This document shows positions 61,071 through 64,000 of a DNA stretch of 64,000 nucleotides, piece after piece. The notes beneath the pieces are model-generated. The model searched no databases, was not told where the DNA came from, and saw nothing but the letters and a program-made list of their open reading frames with translations. The stretch's first letter is position 1. Every line of letters begins with the position of its first letter. Origin of the DNA: a virus; IMG/VR virus record IMGVR_UViG_3300042301_001937, positions 6,575-70,574 of that record; one strand, written 5' to 3'. Made by a program: the position numbers and the translations under genes.

Positions 61071-61738
61071 TAATTTATTTTGGTAACAGTTGTAATAACT
61101 GAAGGTGTAGCAGGAATAGGATCAACAGTAGGATAGGTTATTAACCACACTTGTGTATTAGTACATTTCCAATATAATTCATATTGTTCTCCTGATATTG
61201 CGTTAATTAAAAAATTCCAAGCAGCTACAACTTGACCGTAATTACCACCATTAGATTTTGGTATTTCAATTCTAGTATTAGTGTTATCTACGTGAGCACT
61301 GTTTTTTACTAACCAAATATCAATATCATGTTCTGCACTGTGCCGATTTTCATATTGAGCTGAAAACTGTAAGTTATAAATACCTGTATCAACTATTACA
61401 ATTTTAGTACCAGCTTGAAGACTTAAATTTTGTGAAAAATCTACTGTTCCTAAATTCATGGCTTGAGGGTTACCAGTAGCTTGTTGAGCAGTATTACTAT
61501 AAGCTGCTAAATAAGTAGCAGTTAAAGAAGTATTAATATTATCAATTTGAGCTTGTAACCCTTGATCAATACCTTCAAGATCAGCTATTTTATTATTATA
61601 AACAGTGGAGTTTACAAAACTATTAATAAAATATTGATAATCTACTTTATAAGTATTATTACCTATAGCTACAGGTAAATAACTACCTGATTGTAATTGA
61701 GCAGTTTCAGTTAATTCACTAATTTTTTTATTTGCCAT
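61070..61738 (-). CDS. Fibre-like structural protein (short coiled coil + beta-sandwich head)
   Basis: MANKKISELT fibre-type N-terminus; GIYNLQFSAQ...IWL.KN...VAAWNF...PATPSVI C1q/TNF-like head. Confidence 0.6.
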   Translation of the reverse strand: MANKKISELTETAQLQSGSYLPVAIGNNTYKVDYQYFINSFVNSTVYNNKIADLEGIDQGLQAQIDNINTSLTATYLAAYSNTAQQATGNPQAMNLGTVDFSQNLSLQAGTKIVIVDTGIYNLQFSAQYENRHSAEHDIDIWLVKNSAHVDNTNTRIEIPKSNGGNYGQVVAAWNFLINAISGEQYELYWKCTNTQVWLITYPTVDPIPATPSVITTVTKIN

Positions 61739-61740
61739 TT

Positions 61741-62061
61741 TTATAATATTAAATACCCACCATCTTCTAGCAAAATACTACAACCTTGTTCTTGTAATAA
61801 ATGGCTACAGTTTTTAGATGCAGCTTTCCATCTAAGTAAATTCTTTTTGATTTTAGTCTTATAATCTTGTATGCTAGGTATAACATTAGTATATACTAAA
61901 TTACCACATAGATCATAAACAAAAAGTCGTAGATAGAAATCATTCCTTCTTACATTAATACTCATACCACTAACTAAATACCATCCGTATGGGGCTTTAC
62001 ATAAATCTAAAGTCCATCCTTCATATTTTAGTGCATAATCTACTGTAAAAAGTGTTTCCAT
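61741..62061 (-). CDS. Hypothetical protein, possible fibre-associated
   Basis: Ends in LLQEQG.SILLEDGGYLIL, a motif often seen in phage fibre-adjacent proteins. Confidence 0.5.
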   Translation of the reverse strand: METLFTVDYALKYEGWTLDLCKAPYGWYLVSGMSINVRRNDFYLRLFVYDLCGNLVYTNVIPSIQDYKTKIKKNLLRWKAASKNCSHLLQEQGCSILLEDGGYLIL

Positions 62062-62067
62062 CTACGA

Positions 62068-62075
62068 CAAAGATA
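62068..62075 (-). promoter_or_regulatory. Bacteroidota -7 element (TATCTTTG)
   Basis: TAnnTTTG in the 19-nt gap just upstream of ATG 62061. Confidence 0.55.
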
Positions 62076-62080
62076 AACTT

Positions 62081-62392
62081 TTATTTTATTTTTTCACCTT
62101 TTCTATAATGTTTTAAGCTGTTCTTTAGTACCTTTTGCCTATATTTGTACTCAGGATACGTTTCTAACAACTGTCTTTCATTACTTAATGAGGCAAATAA
62201 CCTAAATCCAGGTTCAACTTCTACAGAATCAGACTCTAACCTTTTCAATTCAAAATCAATTGTAGTATTTTTGATCAAATCATACTGATCTTTAAACTGT
62301 TCAGGTAACTTTTCAAGTCTTTTTTCTACCATAAGAACAACCTTTTCTTCTGGTGTTAACTCAACTTCTTGATTCTCAGTACTTTCCATCAT
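62081..62392 (-). CDS. Hypothetical protein
   Basis: 103-aa ORF in the operon. Confidence 0.6.
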   Translation of the reverse strand: MMESTENQEVELTPEEKVVLMVEKRLEKLPEQFKDQYDLIKNTTIDFELKRLESDSVEVEPGFRLFASLSNERQLLETYPEYKYRQKVLKNSLKHYRKGEKIK

Positions 62393-62804
62393 TATCTAGA
62401 TTAATTTGATCTTCAATTCTGTAAGAATATTTGTACCAAATAAAAGTTTCGTACAAAACAACACAAGGATGGCCTTCTACAAAGTCGACTCTAGGAGGAT
62501 AAGGTTGACCATTTGGCCCAGGAGGAAAATCTGATAGCTTTAACATCACTACATCACCTCTTTTAAAAAACGAATCCTTATGTGCTCCTATAACTGCACA
62601 TCTAAATTCACCATTTAAACTCTCAGGAAGAATAATTCCATTTAATTTCTTCTCTTTTGCAGGTAATGGCTGAAGAACAATCCTATCCTTCATTACTTCA
62701 CCTGAAATCTTAGCTAATTTGTCAAACTTTGTGACATCTAACTCATTTGTGTCTACCAATAACCCGTTATTGTCGACACCTAATCTACCATTTGTTTTAC
62801 TCAT
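62376..62804 (-). CDS. GroES-like co-chaperonin
   Basis: KDRIVLQP...EKKLNGIILPES (mobile loop GIILP)...AVIG...FKRGDVVM. Confidence 0.7.
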   Translation of the reverse strand: MSKTNGRLGVDNNGLLVDTNELDVTKFDKLAKISGEVMKDRIVLQPLPAKEKKLNGIILPESLNGEFRCAVIGAHKDSFFKRGDVVMLKLSDFPPGPNGQPYPPRVDFVEGHPCVVLYETFIWYKYSYRIEDQINLDNDGKY

Positions 62805-62909
62805 TTTACTCTGTTTTTAATATGTACGTATTATTAGGACCTATATAGATAGTATATTCCGTTTTTATAACAGATAACTGTGAAGCTATTACTAATAGGT
62901 CCTCTAATC

Positions 62910-63437
62910 TCATTTTTTAAACGTTAAATTGTTTTTTAAATCCATACATTTAGAACGTTCTCCCTTAAAAAAGAACTTAGGATTTATCCAAAACCAACCT
63001 TTATAGGCTGTAGCTGAAATAAACCCACTATCTAATAAAGATTTCTTAGCATTCCAGACTGTAGTTCTAGACGATATTCCATATACCCTCATAAAATCAG
63101 TAGTATCAATAGCACAATATAGGGTATCTTGTCTAAGACAATACAACAATATATATTCTAACAATATCCTACCTTCTTTACTTAGCTTTAAAAAATACGG
63201 TTTTAAATCTACACCATTATTCTCGTAATATAAATGAATACTCCTATCTTTTTCTAAGATATAGCTTTTCTTCAATTGATCTGTGTGACCTAAAGAAGTA
63301 ACTATACCATCTTGTACCTTAATATTCTTAGGATCTACTCTAGTCTCGTACTTATTTAATATTACTACAGGAATTTCTAAAGTCTCAATAAATGGATTAA
63401 TAGCATTTTTTAAGCCTTCTGGTGTGTGCTTGCCCAT
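62910..63437 (-). CDS. RepL-like winged-HTH DNA-binding/replication protein
   Basis: YGISSRTTVWNAKKSLLDSGFI HTH followed by WFWINPKFFFKG, the RepL-type signature. Confidence 0.7.
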   Translation of the reverse strand: MGKHTPEGLKNAINPFIETLEIPVVILNKYETRVDPKNIKVQDGIVTSLGHTDQLKKSYILEKDRSIHLYYENNGVDLKPYFLKLSKEGRILLEYILLYCLRQDTLYCAIDTTDFMRVYGISSRTTVWNAKKSLLDSGFISATAYKGWFWINPKFFFKGERSKCMDLKNNLTFKK

Positions 63438-63661
63438 AATTCAGCTGCCTTTCTTAAAGCTACCACATATTCAATATACCCTTCTTTGTTAGTGTCAATA
63501 ATAGGACCACCTTCTCCAAAAGGACCAATGTGATAAGAGCCTTCTCCTACTTCTTCTTGTAGTTGTTCTCTAAATTGTTCTTCATTAAACACGTATTCAG
63601 TGTTCTCATGTACAGAGATAGAACCTTGTTCATCTGCTGTGTTTATCGTTGTTTCTTCCAT
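63410..63661 (-). CDS. Acidic hypothetical protein, first gene of the late block
   Basis: 83-aa ORF preceded by a TAnnTTTG element. Confidence 0.55.
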   Translation of the reverse strand: MEETTINTADEQGSISVHENTEYVFNEEQFREQLQEEVGEGSYHIGPFGEGGPIIDTNKEGYIEYVVALRKAAELWASTHQKA

Positions 63662-63968
63662 GGTTCAAATATATGAACATTTATATTAAAAATGAACAAT
63701 GTTCAAAAGTCCGAAGCTTAACTGTCTGAATATCAGGGAGAAATCTTCTGAAAATATAGATATATATATACTATAGTTTTATATGTTAAATCACTGCTAA
63801 TCATATAGTTACATGTTGGGAGAATGAACATTAGTAAAAATACCCCCCCCCATAAGTAAGCCTTTAAAAACAACCCCCCCCTACCATTTTTATTATAAGT
63901 ATCGGGGGATGTGCCAGGTCAATTAAACAGCCCCGACCTATGAGGACACACTTTGTGTATCCCCACTT
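63662..63968. other. Non-coding divergent control region (candidate origin/terminus region)
   Basis: The only non-coding stretch over 200 nt in the window; contains TGAAC repeats, C9 and C8 tracts, an (AT)n run and a TCGGGG/CCCCGA inverted repeat. Confidence 0.5.
63666..63673 (-). promoter_or_regulatory. Bacteroidota -7 element (TATATTTG)
   Basis: TAnnTTTG immediately upstream of ATG 63661, embedded in a GTTCA/TGAAC inverted repeat. Confidence 0.55.
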
Positions 63969-64000
63969 ATGGAAAAAATTAAAATTTCTTCAATTGAAAG
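63969..64000 (+). CDS. Possible start of a divergent gene (MEKIKISSIE..., truncated)
   Basis: ATG followed by an open frame to the window end; only 10 codons are visible. Confidence 0.3.
   Translation, partial: MEKIKISSIE

Noticed and set aside
1-64000. Stop-codon reassignment (TAG/TGA), known in some crAss-like phages
   Set aside because: Genes up to 11 kb are intact in the standard code. TAG and TGA end genes at sensible positions (e.g. TAG ends the MCP), and no suppressor tRNA was seen.
1-64000. CRISPR array, tRNA, rRNA or diversity-generating retroelement
   Set aside because: No regularly spaced nucleotide repeats, cloverleafs, reverse transcriptase or TR/VR pair were seen by eye, and there is little non-coding space. 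tRNAscan/Infernal were not run.

Overview
This is a 64-kb, AT-rich, densely coding segment of a crAss-like (Crassvirales-type) Bacteroidota phage genome in the standard genetic code. The + strand (1-9462) is the end of the replication module. It holds the 3' half of a group I intron with a LAGLIDADG endonuclease interrupting a HExxH-metallopeptidase/vWA gene, a MoxR-type AAA+ ATPase, two tandem paralogues, a RusA-like resolvase, a membrane-anchored GH73 enzyme, PolA and a PD-(D/E)xK nuclease, and ends at a convergent terminator. The - strand (63661 down to 9474) is the late module: RepL-like, GroES-like and HU-like proteins, TerL, portal, scaffold, major capsid protein, ring/hub/muzzle tail proteins, a lysis cassette and a ferritin-like protein. 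It continues into ~26 kb of giant virion cargo genes, including a 3725-aa virion RNA polymerase (DFDVD) and a 1721-aa polyvalent protein. The most striking unexplained signal is in three adjacent cargo genes (27857-36100). They are strings of unrelated small modules separated by about 20 copies of an [F/Y/H/W]-x-x-G-G motif, which suggests a double-glycine-processed polyprotein or a repeated packaging tag. All family assignments come from motif recognition by eye; no database search was run.
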